64,000 nt of DNA from Phoronis australis (taxonomy: Eukaryota; Animalia; Phoronida). The notes under the pieces were generated by a model. That model was not told the origin of the DNA and did no database searches. It worked only from the letters and a program-made list of their open reading frames with translations. Shown in pieces: positions 24,001-34,727 of this stretch (its first letter is position 1; each line of letters starts with the position of its first letter). The position numbers were made by a program, and so were the translations under genes. The stretch is from contig NMRA01000795.1 of the NCBI GenBank assembly GCA_002633005.1, forward strand, positions 2,328 to 66,327, in the 5' to 3' direction.

Positions 24001-25186
24001 AAAGTGCCTTTTGGGGAAATGTATCGAGTTGCAGGCTGGATGAAAATTCAGTGAAAGTTGATCAGATGTGCACTTGTTTTCAAATTCTTAAAATCTGTAG
24101 CTGAACCCCATTCTTTCAAATGTTATCGGGAAAGCATTCAAGCGAGTTGATAGCTTATAAAAGTATTCATAGTCCAGTTCTTTTCTATTTCAGGAGGTTC
24201 CTCTTATAGAAGTTACTGAGGAAAGCTTGCTACAACTAGTTGTAACAATATGGTGCAAAGACAGAAGACACGTGGTAGGTTCTGGTGCCCTTAGTAACAA
24301 ATTGTCATACATTTAGAAAATTTCTGAGCACATTGATCTTGTATTTTGGTTTTTGACAATGCACAAAGTTCGTACTATTTGACTATGCGTTCACTGTTTG
24401 AAGAACTAAACAGAGCAATTTTGGCAATTGTTTATTGAGATTTCACTGCGCTCAATGAATTTTGGCAGATTTTCATCACTGCAAGGTATTTGTCAATGTG
24501 TCTCCACATAGTGCAAGACCATTTTCTAAATTATTTTCAATGGGAATTTGGTTTGTACTGAAAAAGAAAAGATGCAGAAAATAATTAAAATGAATTTCTG
24601 GTGTTCTGGACAGGTGTATCAATTTGAAGGGGAAGAATTTAAACACCGAGGGTGGATTTAGGGAAAGTAAGCTGTATATCTGTGTACTACATGAGTCTGT
24701 GGATGTCTTTCAAAAATCAAGGATTTCCCAAAAATACAGTACTCAAATGCTGTATCTGAGTTATTGTTTTTAATGATGCATTGTACATTCTGCACCCTTG
24801 ACTCATACTCCACTTCCTATCTCCTCTGACAGGGATTGGTATTTTAAATTTCCTGTACTTGACAAATCAGATGTTTATGAAAGATGCGTTGAGATTCCTG
24901 CACCTTATTGTTCACTTAATTCCATCCAAACTGATATTCTGAACTATAAAACCATTAAACGAACATAAAAATACTTCCTCTGTTGAACACTTATTTCATT
25001 AGTGCTTGTGTTTGGTTTATGTAATGTCTGTATGTATTTAATATTCTTCAATTCCAGGTGTTTGCAATTGGGAAAGAAGGCAACACGATCAAGAAGGTGT
25101 CTAGTGAGGCCAAACAAGAGATTATGAACACTTTCAGATGTGACGTTAAGATGAAGCTAGTCGTTAAAGAATACAAGAAATCTTGA
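15064..25186 (+). CDS. ERAL1: Era-like mitochondrial GTPase / 12S rRNA chaperone, 10 coding exons, ~451 aa
   Basis: Exons: 15064-15127, 17050-17157, 17747-17952, 19080-19126, 19628-19689, 20518-20630, 21919-22314, 23438-23587, 24194-24274, 25058-25186, total 1356 nt in frame. Motifs: G1 [10 protein letters not shown]2 KVHTTR, G3 DTPG, G4 NK|VD, G5 VSALSG, and a KH-like C-terminus ([19 protein letters not shown]). The first two exons rest on splice signals and frame only. Confidence 0.92.
15307..15426. other. Assembly gap following a poly-G tract
   Basis: Run of N. Confidence 0.99.
15488..15842. mobile_element. Degenerate inverted-repeat element (MITE-like) in ERAL1 intron 1
   Basis: GTGCACTTCAATTTGGC...TGCCTGCGTCAAACTGAAGCTACCGTAAGTT pairs with AACTTACAGTGGCTTTAGTTTGGCGTAGGCA...CCAAACTGAAGTGCAC. 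Confidence 0.55.
22449..22927 (-). mobile_element. Probable Helentron/DINE-1-like non-autonomous element
   Basis: The ends TTTTTATG... and ...TCTTGTT are the reverse of the AACAAGA...CATAAAAA ends at 58889-59742. Family assignment is pattern recognition only. Confidence 0.4.
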
Positions 25187-25639
25187 CAGCCGTCCTTGAC
25201 CTCAACATTTATCTGTGACCCATTTAACGATTGTCACAGGCAAGGAATGGTATTGCTTATTTTGAACCAAGACTACGTGGATTTTCTGGTTTTCTCAGAA
25301 GCAATGTCATTGTAACCTCGTTCCAACCTTCAGTGCACAGATTGTATCGACTTTCTTATGTGGAAAGTCAACAGAGTTGATACATTAACATTACAAATGT
25401 GTTGCCATTACCCTGCAGAGATCAACAATGAATTAAAAGTAAAAGAGAACCATTGTGTTGAGGGACCAATCAGTTCCCTTATAGCTGTTGGGAGGGCCAG
25501 CCTTCATTATACAACGGCATTTCTGTGACCAATCATGACCCAGAACAGTTCGGAGACGTCTCGTCTCTGCATGGTTGTAGTCTAATGTCATCATCACCGA
25601 TAAATAAATCAGTATTTATACAAGTTGCCTCACTTCACT

Positions 25640-26090
25640 TTTCTGCCCCAACCGGGACTCGAACCTGAGACTTTCTGCTAACTGTTCAGCAGGTACCCAG
25701 TTCGAGTCCTGGTTGGGACAGAAATCTTTTCAGTCCTGTACTCATTAGGTCACGTGATTTGCCCACTGGTGACATGCTGACCAGATTCAGAAATGTTTGC
25801 GATATACGTTTAAACGCTGGTTCAAGATTTATATATGCTTAGGAGTTCAAAGGCGAGATCCCTACTATTAAGTCTGATTGAATTTCTGTATTCAACTCGT
25901 TGTCCTGATGGCTCAGTGTACTAGAGTGTCTGCACGGTTAGCAGAAGGTGCCGGGTTAAAGTCCCAGTTGGGGCAGAAATTTTCCCAGACTTATATTAAG
26001 TCACGTGATGTGGCCAACGGGTGGCGCGCTGACCGGACTTAAAAATGTTTGCGATATACATTTCCACACCAGTTTAAGACGTATGTTTAT
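25640..26090 (+). repeat. Tandem and inverted copies of the same tRNA-derived repeat (period ~255 bp)
   Basis: B-box-like sites at about 25700 and 25955, a full tRNA-like body at 25902-25975, and an inverted 3' half at 25640-25682. Each forward copy is followed by the GTCACGTGAT...GCTGACCRGA module. Confidence 0.7.
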
Positions 26091-27621
26091 ATACAGGGAA
26101 GAAAATGTTGGCCAAGTTTGAATTTTTGCACCCCAAAATTGTTACCTTCCTGCAAGCCTGATTAATTATCTGCAGCACCTTTTAAGAAATTTTGTAGAAG
26201 CAGTTAAACACTTTAAAATCCAATAAAATTATAATATTAAAAACACTAGCTGTATTTTTAGCAGGTTTTAATTAGTGTTTTTAATTGTCTAATATTATCC
26301 AGTCTCGACATGTGTCATTTTTAATCTTTTATGAACAAAATGAAAGTATTAGCGGTAACTGCTAAACCCAAATCACCATCTCCTGCACCCATATCAAAAA
26401 GTCAACTTTAGGAATCCAAGCCAAACTGACACCTGTTATCATTTGAGGTGTATATACCAGCTTCTTTGGCAGTCATAATCCATCTTGAGCCTGACTAATA
26501 TTTCAACTGAACTTTTTTTCTGCCCCACAATACAATTGACCTATGGACAGGATTTTGAGTGGCAGCTTAATTGACCAATCAGAACGCAGCATTCTTGGCA
26601 CACCTTCGTTTCCAAGCTGCCATTTTACCTGGCAAACAACACGTTGCCTGGTAAAACTTTTTGTTTGTTGACTTTTTGCAAGGGGCGGAGTTTACGATAG
26701 GTCAATTACAAGGAGGAAATCAAAGTAGGTTAAATGCTGTGCCAGTGGACATAACATTCAGGTGTGAGTTAATGACTTTATTTGCTTTAAGACAAATACA
26801 AGACAATACCACGAAGCCACTCGGGCCAAAACAATTTTTGATTAGCAAATAACAGTTAACAGTGGTGTCGAGAAAGTGGATTGATGTAAACCTCTTATTC
26901 CAATACACCCATATTCTCTTCTCCCACTGAAATACTTTGTCAATATAACTAAATACCACAGAACAAGGTACTATTCAAAAACAATTGTTTCGGAACATTT
27001 CATTGAGAATAGGGCAAATTAATTGTTTAAAATTGGGTTAAAAAGAATTGAACAACAAATGGTATGAACACAGCCCCAGTTTGGTAAAATCTCGTAACAT
27101 GTCATGACGGACTGTCTGGAGTTGGCTGACAGGTAACTCTGGGCGGACACAAAACCACAAGTCCTTCATCGCGATTACTCTTTATTGTACTGAAGAATTA
27201 AGATGTTTGACTTCATTTTTCTCCCTTTTTACGGATGGAAATGGAGCCAAACTTTGAATTCCTCACAAAAATTTGAGCATGGAGCTTTTTCCCCACAAAA
27301 AGCGGCCAAGTTTTGTGGGAGATAGCAGCAATTCAGATCAGCTGATTTGATTGTCCATCCAATAGTCCTACTAACTTCATTACCATGTTTAATTAATTAC
27401 CCACACCTGGAGACTGGACAAAGGCCTATTCAGTTCACTGATAGCGTTTTCAGTGCATATTCCCTGAAGCTCCTAATTTCACATCACAATCAAAGCAGCG
27501 TTACGTGGAACAAAATAAACTTCAGTTCTGGAATGAGGGTTCCTGGGGCAAAACATCAAATAATTCAGTGAGCTTTCTTCAAAAGTGATCATTCTAAAAT
27601 AACCATTAATATACAAATGTT

Positions 27622-30600
27622 TCACAATGCACAGTTTTTACCTCCCAAGTCTGTCTCAATGAGCACATGATTGTTTACCGAATTTTTACCATAGAACCAA
27701 TCAGACAAAGCTGTATTTAGAGACGTTCCATTCACCACCGTCGTCCAATAATGATTTCCGCTGAAGCACATGGTGTGAACCAGACAGTTCGTGAGGAAAA
27801 CACCGTTCTGATGATTTGAAGTAAAGCTTTTGGTGACCTTTATGAATTCCTGGCGATATTTGTCAACAAACTGTTTGTCTTTTTCAGGAATGGTACAGAG
27901 GTTGCGATTACATCTAACATCCAATATGTGTCGGACAGCCCATCGGTCAACCATGCTGTTAACTAAATACACTGGCACTTTAAGATACTTGTACTTGTAC
28001 TGGGCGAAGAAACACTTCCAGGTGTCCGTTCCTTCATGAGAAAAGCACTCTTTGAGACTCGGAGAATCTGAAAAAATTCAATCATTCACTCGAGACGGAA
28101 TGCAGTAGGAAAAAACACAAAATTACTTCTGTTAACATTGTCAATGAAATCTTTTAATGTATTACTGCACAACATCAAATAAAATTGGCCAAAATGTAAC
28201 CCACACGTTGAAGAAATTATGGACATGTATAATGGCAACCCTCGTAAAAATGTCCAGGGAAAAACCCTTCTGAGACTGAGTCGTAGTTTCTGAATTTTAG
28301 TAAAAGAATCTGTGTGCGGGTACTTTTGTGAAATCATTAATGAAATGAGCTTCACACACAAGATTTCAACCAAACGTAATGCCTGCAGTTAATGCCGTCT
28401 GCTTCCAGCAAGCAACAATTCCAAATTCTTGAAGCAAGTTTACGAAAAATTTGAATGACTTGAACTCTAATGCTAGTTTATTTTCAACTTGGCTTCAATT
28501 CTGTTAATTAAACCAATGGCTGTACAATATTTTCATTTTCATTCAAAATTAATATGCATAAATTTTTCTAGGACAAAAACACCCCTGCGGTTCCGATGTG
28601 GGGCCGGGGACAAAATTTTACCCATCACTGACACTGATGTGATTGCTCTTTTTAATAACCTCATTATATGTGATAAAATCCATTCTCTGGCTGCAAATCA
28701 TACATACAATGATTTGCATTGAATTTCACACTTTAGTTCACAAATCTCCAATCACAACTTGGTAAAATGTTTAACGTAATCACCTTAATGTAAAATAAGA
28801 GCGCAAGAGGTCTACCTTTGATATTATGCAGTTGAAATGCACTGGAGACCTGTTTCTGGAATGTTCTGCTCCCCCTGGTGTTGGGATGATCTAAGAAGAA
28901 CCCTGCATCTGACACGGCCTTGAAGTGGACTGTAGAGGGCAGTTTACTGCGCACATAATCAGCATGGAGGATGACACCGAGGCCCCCCGCTGAAATATTA
29001 GCGAGATAAGTGAACTGCATGAGATAAATTTTGGAATGCAAGCACGAGTAGAAGATTGTGTCTCTGTCGCCATTTGCAGAAAAAATGAACCCGTGTCTGG
29101 CAAGCTTATTCCAAGTTTTCGTGGTTAGCATAATGCATCGGAGGCTTTCACTTTTTAGAGATCTAACAGCAAACTGTACAGATGTTTAGCAATACAAGTG
29201 AACAACCAGTTACAAACAAATGTTGTTTCTCTTCAAATATTGCATTCAAAGCACCTACAAATCAATGGTTCAGTGGCATTAACTTGTTTCTGTCACTTTG
29301 AAACTGAACAGAAACTTTCATGGTGGCATGTTTATTTTGGGCTGTAATGGAAAGACCTTTTTGAAATATGAAAAAGTCTCTCACCACAGTTTCTTAAATT
29401 TTTTTATTTTAATTCTAAATTTCGCCGTTTAATTGGATAAAAACAAATTTTTGAATTAGGCTTTTTACTCACATAAAATCAGACTCATAATATTCCTTAC
29501 TATCACAGGATTCTACTTCAAAAATAGTATGATAACGTGCCCTCATTCTGAGAACCAGTTTTCTCCACTGAATAACGGGCATCAAACTGGTTCTCAACAT
29601 ATGGGCATGTTTCATATCCGACTATTGCCTATACTTCTATTAGCAACTCAAAGTCACAGGACACGTGTAAAAGTGCAATTTCGGAATCGACATCTCAGCT
29701 TCAATTGATTTCTCTATGGGAACCACACGTACAGGTAGTTATTACCTGTGCCTCTGAACGAACCTGAATATCCACTAAACAAAACGTGTTTAGCTTGCTT
29801 CAGACTTGTTGTCTCCAACAAGTAGTCCAACAGAGTTTCCAACACAAAGAAACCTTTCAGGTGAAGCAACCTGCCTTTATAATTTATGGCATCTTTTAAA
29901 CTCCCTGCAACAGAAGTAAATTAATTCACCTTTAGTTCGTCTTTCATTATAATGTACTTTGCATCCAATTTAAATACTTTAGGTAAATTTTCAAGTCAAT
30001 TGTACTGCTTAAAAATAGAAACACATGTAAAATTCTAGTAAAAAAACCAACGTGAAGCATTAATGTTTTCCCAAGTTGGTGCTTCCGAAACGGTACACAC
30101 CAGAAGAGGTACATCCAAGTTGCCACTAAACCAATACTGCAATAACCAAAATCGCCAACATTTTCCCGACACGCACACACGCACACACAATTTTCAGGAA
30201 CCCATATCAAACAAAAAACTTTCCTTTCAATGTGATCTTAATGGTTTTCAAAACAACAATTAAAAAACAAAAATCGCTTAAGGGTAGGCAACATTAGTCG
30301 GTTTCATCTGGCAATCGATGAGTGCTGCCCTCTTCAGACCTATTTATTAGTGATGTCAGAGGTGTTCTACATCTGATCCTATATCAACGTACCTGCAAAA
30401 GAGGCGCCATCACAATACAGGAAACGAGCTACGTTCCAGTCGTGGAACTCTGGGTTTATTTTTGGATTGGACGACGTTAACGCTTCAAAAGGAGAAGTCT
30501 TTGGAGCAACAACACTGGATCCAACCCTTGTAAAAGACCTGTCACAACGACACAAAGAGTTGCAGTTGAAGTGACTACAAACTCATGTTCCCTCCAAGAA

Positions 30601-33600
30601 CCGAACTTTTGATTTAGGCCGCTTGCGGCTGGATAACATTGGTCTCAGTTTGTTCCTTACTTGGACGAGAAATGGTTTCTAGGTTCGCAAAGAAGTGATG
30701 GTTTTTTACTCATCGAGACTGCATGCTTTGCGCATAAAATGACACGTCATGACAAACCACCTTATTGAGAATGAACTCGGAGAAAAAAGAACTGTTAGCT
30801 CTTTTGAAGCCTTGAAATCATCTCTAGACTAACTAGACAAAGGAACAATTTGAGATGAATTTCATAACAGTAAGTTGTCTAAATCATAAGTTGGATGTTG
30901 CGATGGATGGCAAGACGCTTTAAGAGAAGTGATCGTATTAATCAGTTGACTACACTGTATGTGCAGCATGCTGGTTATGGACATTGAAACATTTAAATTT
31001 CCCTCTTTGAAGTGAATTCACCAAGCAAAGTGTGCATGCAGCAAACTACTATCACAGGTCAACTTACCTTTTAAACCCTTCCTCCATTCTCAAATAATGA
31101 CGATTTTCATGGCAGTTGTCAATATTTTGACTAAGTTTTTAAGGACCTCAAATATCTCGTGTCCATGCAGTTTTAACGCAAGATAAAATAAAGTCTATAC
31201 TGTACTACAAGTACCTTTAACCCAACCCACCTGTTGTAGCAGTCCTGTTCATTATAGCACCATGCACCTGGCTCTAGCTCTATTAGCCAGTTATTAACAC
31301 CATTCTGACTACCTGTCAAGAAACAAGAACAATAAAAAGACTCAGGAGAACGCACAGGCTTGGTAATGGTGAACCTTTTGGGAATAGGAGGCTGAAATAC
31401 AAACACAGCATGAAAATGTTAGTGTACTGGCAGTTTGGGTGACCGATCAATCATACCTAAGTTATAGTAACAATTCTCCATTAAAATACTATCAAAAATT
31501 AACCATTTTGCTGAGCTTGTACCAAATTTTGGAAATTGGTTATACTGACTGTTCCAAATTCAAGTATTATGATTAAGATGTATTTTGTATTAGCAGCTAT
31601 ATTTGACGACTTTATGTCAGACTATGTTAATACAAAGAGCAAAGTCGACATAATTATGATAAATGCCAAAATTACCCATGTCCCAATTTTCAGAATCAAG
31701 AAAATTCAATTTTGTCTTTAATTTCAGTGCCCCAATTTTTAGAGATTGTCCCAAACTGTAGAACTGAATTGTTACCGAACTGATTTTGCACATAGAGTGA
31801 CAGCACAGCACTAACAGCAGTTTTGCTGGTCAAACCTAAGGCCAATGTATATTACTCCCAGGTCAAACTCANTGTTCCCTCCAAGAACCGAACTTTTGAT
31901 TTAGGCTGTTTGTTTCTGGATAACGTTGGTCTCAGTTTGTTCCTTACTTGGACGAGAAACGGTTTCTGGGTATCAAAGAAGTGATGGTTCTTTACTCATT
32001 GAGACTGCATGCTTTGCGCATAAAATGACACGTCATGACAAACGACCTTGCTGAGAATGAACTCGGAGAAAAAAGAAATGTTAGTTCTTTAGAAACCTTG
32101 AAATCATCTCTAACTAGACTAAGGAACAATTTGAGACGAATTTCATAACAGTAAGTTGTCTAAGTCATAAGTTGGATGTTGCGATGGATGGCAAGACGCT
32201 TTAAGAGAAGTGATCGTATTAATCAGTTGACTACACTGTATGTGCAGCATGCTGGTCATGAACATTGAAACATTTAAATTTCCCTCTTTGAAGTGAATTC
32301 ACCAAGCAAAGTGTGCATGCAGCAAACTACTATCACAGGTCAACTTACCTTTTAAAACCTTCCTCCATTCTCAAATAATGACGATTTTCATGGCAGTTGT
32401 CAATATTTTGACTAAGTTTTTAAGGACCTCAAATATCTCGTGTCCATGCAGTTTTAACGCAAGATAAAATAAAGTCTATACTGTACTACAAGTACCATTA
32501 ACCCAACCCACCTGTTGTAGCAGTCCTGTTCATTATAGCACCATGCACCTGGCTCTAGCTCTATTAGCCAGTTATTAACACCATTCTGGCTACCTGTCAA
32601 GAAACAAGAACAATAAAAAGACTCAGGAGAACGCACAGGCTTGGTAATGGTGAACCTTTTGGGAATAGGAGGCTGAAATACAAACACAGCATGAAAATGT
32701 TAGTGTACTGGCAGTTTGGGTGACCGATCAATCATACCTAAGTTATAGTAACAATTCTCCATTAAAATACTATCAAAAATTAACCATTTTGCTGAGCTTG
32801 TACCAAATTTTGGAAATTGGTTATACTGACTGTTCCAAATTCAAGTATTATGATTAAGATGTATTTTGTATTAGCAGCTATATTTGACGACTTTATGTCA
32901 GACTATGTTAATACAAAGAGCAAAGTCGACATAATTATGATAAATGCCAAAATTACCCATGTCCCAATTTTCAGAATCAAGAAAATTCAATTTTGTCTTT
33001 AATTTCAGTGCCCCAATTTTTAGAGATTGTCCCAAACTGTAGAACTGAATTGTTACCGAACTGATTTTGCACATAGAGTGACAGCACAGCACTAACAGCA
33101 GTTTTGCTGGTCAAACCTAAGGCCAATGTATATTACTCCCAGGTCAAACTCAAGACTTCTTTAATCACCAAGAATATATTGAGTGGAAATTCTTTTGAAA
33201 TCAAGCAGTCATATCTAAAAAACCTTTTAACCTAAAAACTAGTTGGGAAGAGCTCCCAAGCCTCTTGAACCACAAATTTGTTTTGAATGTGGGTAAACCA
33301 TGCACACATTTCTCAATGGCTTCATACACTCCAAACCAAAAGTCAAAAATAAAACCAAATTTCTACCTAACCAAATTGCAAAAGTTGTCTTCACTTTAAA
33401 CAACCTATCCACAGAGTCAATTTATTTTCATTACTTGATTTTTTTTGGATAAGCTGTTTATAGCGGGACAGCTGCTCATGTTATTGATTACTGCTGCTCA
33501 CTCTCAAATGACAAACATCAACTGATAACATAGGGCAGTCATGTTTGATAAAGTTCTGCTATTCAACAATTTATTTTTCAGACAAGCAGTCTCCAGTCTG

Positions 33601-34727
33601 GTTTGCAAGACTGAATATACTTTTAGGTTTAATGTTAAAACACTGAATTCACAAGTTCGAATGTTCCCGAAAAATCGAAAAATCACAGACTGTTTACTAA
33701 CATTCATTACTAATCAGCCAGATGTTTTAAATACGTTTGTGATTATTATATAAAAAATCAATAACACAAAGTATGATGGATGACAAGAATGACACAGGAG
33801 TTAAAATCAGTCTTAGAATGAATCTTTAGCAACTTATCCTCGGACAAGACTGCAAGTTAAAAGTTAAAACCTACAATCATTGTGTTTTTGCCACAACAAA
33901 GACAAAACACAGTCAAGATAACGAGAGACTTTAACTGACATTCATTTTATCATTGGTCAAGAAAGATTGAAGGAAGAAAACAAGGACATAACTGTTATCT
34001 GAAAACTGGATGTGGTACATGGAATTCCAACAGGCTTTACTAGACCAAGCTCAGTAACTACAAAGAATTGCATGGTCTATTGAGCACAGAATGGAAATTA
34101 ATCCATAAACAAAGCACTATATACACAGTGCAGTACAAAATGGCAAAGGGTAAAATTTTATTTTATCAAATTTTCAAACAAGAGTAAATAAGACATTTTA
34201 TTTTAGATAGTATGGCTGTCCTCAACAATATAACACGATAGAATTTTGAACATTTTTGACAATACAGTGAGCATTTTAAAAGAGAAAAATAACACTTTTA
34301 GACATTATTTTTGTTCAAATTTGAGGAGACTTTATCATACCAGAAAAGTATAGGTATTGAAACAAACTATTGTGTTACCTTTCCTGAAGTAATATGCTGG
34401 TGGTGAGCCGTCCAGACAGTAAGCGTTACGTTGCTGAGAGAAGCTCTCAGGGAGTATCACAAGCTCGCCGTCCGAGTCGCTGATATTGTGCATCTCCGTG
34501 TACATGTACCTCATACCCCACATCAAGCGCAAAACGGTTAACAACACAAAGATGGCAATAACTATGAACGCTGTGCATTTCCGTGGTGTGAACAGCCCCG
34601 GCTTGAGGTTTGGTCGCTTCAGAGCGAGGGGTCGTATCTGCGGCACGAATATCATGCCCTGGTGCGGCATATTACCGTGCTCAACTAGCAGTGGCTCCTG
34701 AAGTCGGGTCAAGTCGTCACCTTTCAT
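27622..34727 (-). CDS. Pectin acetylesterase/Notum-family serine hydrolase with N-terminal transmembrane segment, ~445 aa
   Basis: Exons (minus): 34727-34379, 32593-32512 (or its duplicate 31312-31231), 30538-30393, 29904-29764, 28989-28816, 28067-27622, total 1338 nt. Motifs: AYCLDGSPPAYY, NNWLIELEPGAWC, NPEFHDWN..FLYCDGASFAG, nucleophile elbow GYS|AGG, SDAGFFLD, WKCFFAQY, candidate catalytic Asp (SMVDRW) and His (NCLVH). Confidence 0.88.
30578..33152. repeat. Tandem duplication of ~1.28 kb containing one 82-nt coding exon
   Basis: 30586-31871 closely matches 31873-33152. A single N lies at the junction (31872). CAAACTCA occurs at all three boundaries. Confidence 0.95.

Noticed and set aside
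25902-25975. Functional tRNA gene
   Set aside because: The anticodon loop ACGGTTA lacks U33 and purine 37, the T-loop is mutated (GGTTAAAG), the acceptor stem has several G-T pairs, and the sequence is embedded in a repeated unit. The copy at 9261-9334 has an intact B-box but a similarly non-canonical anticodon loop and a degraded acceptor stem.
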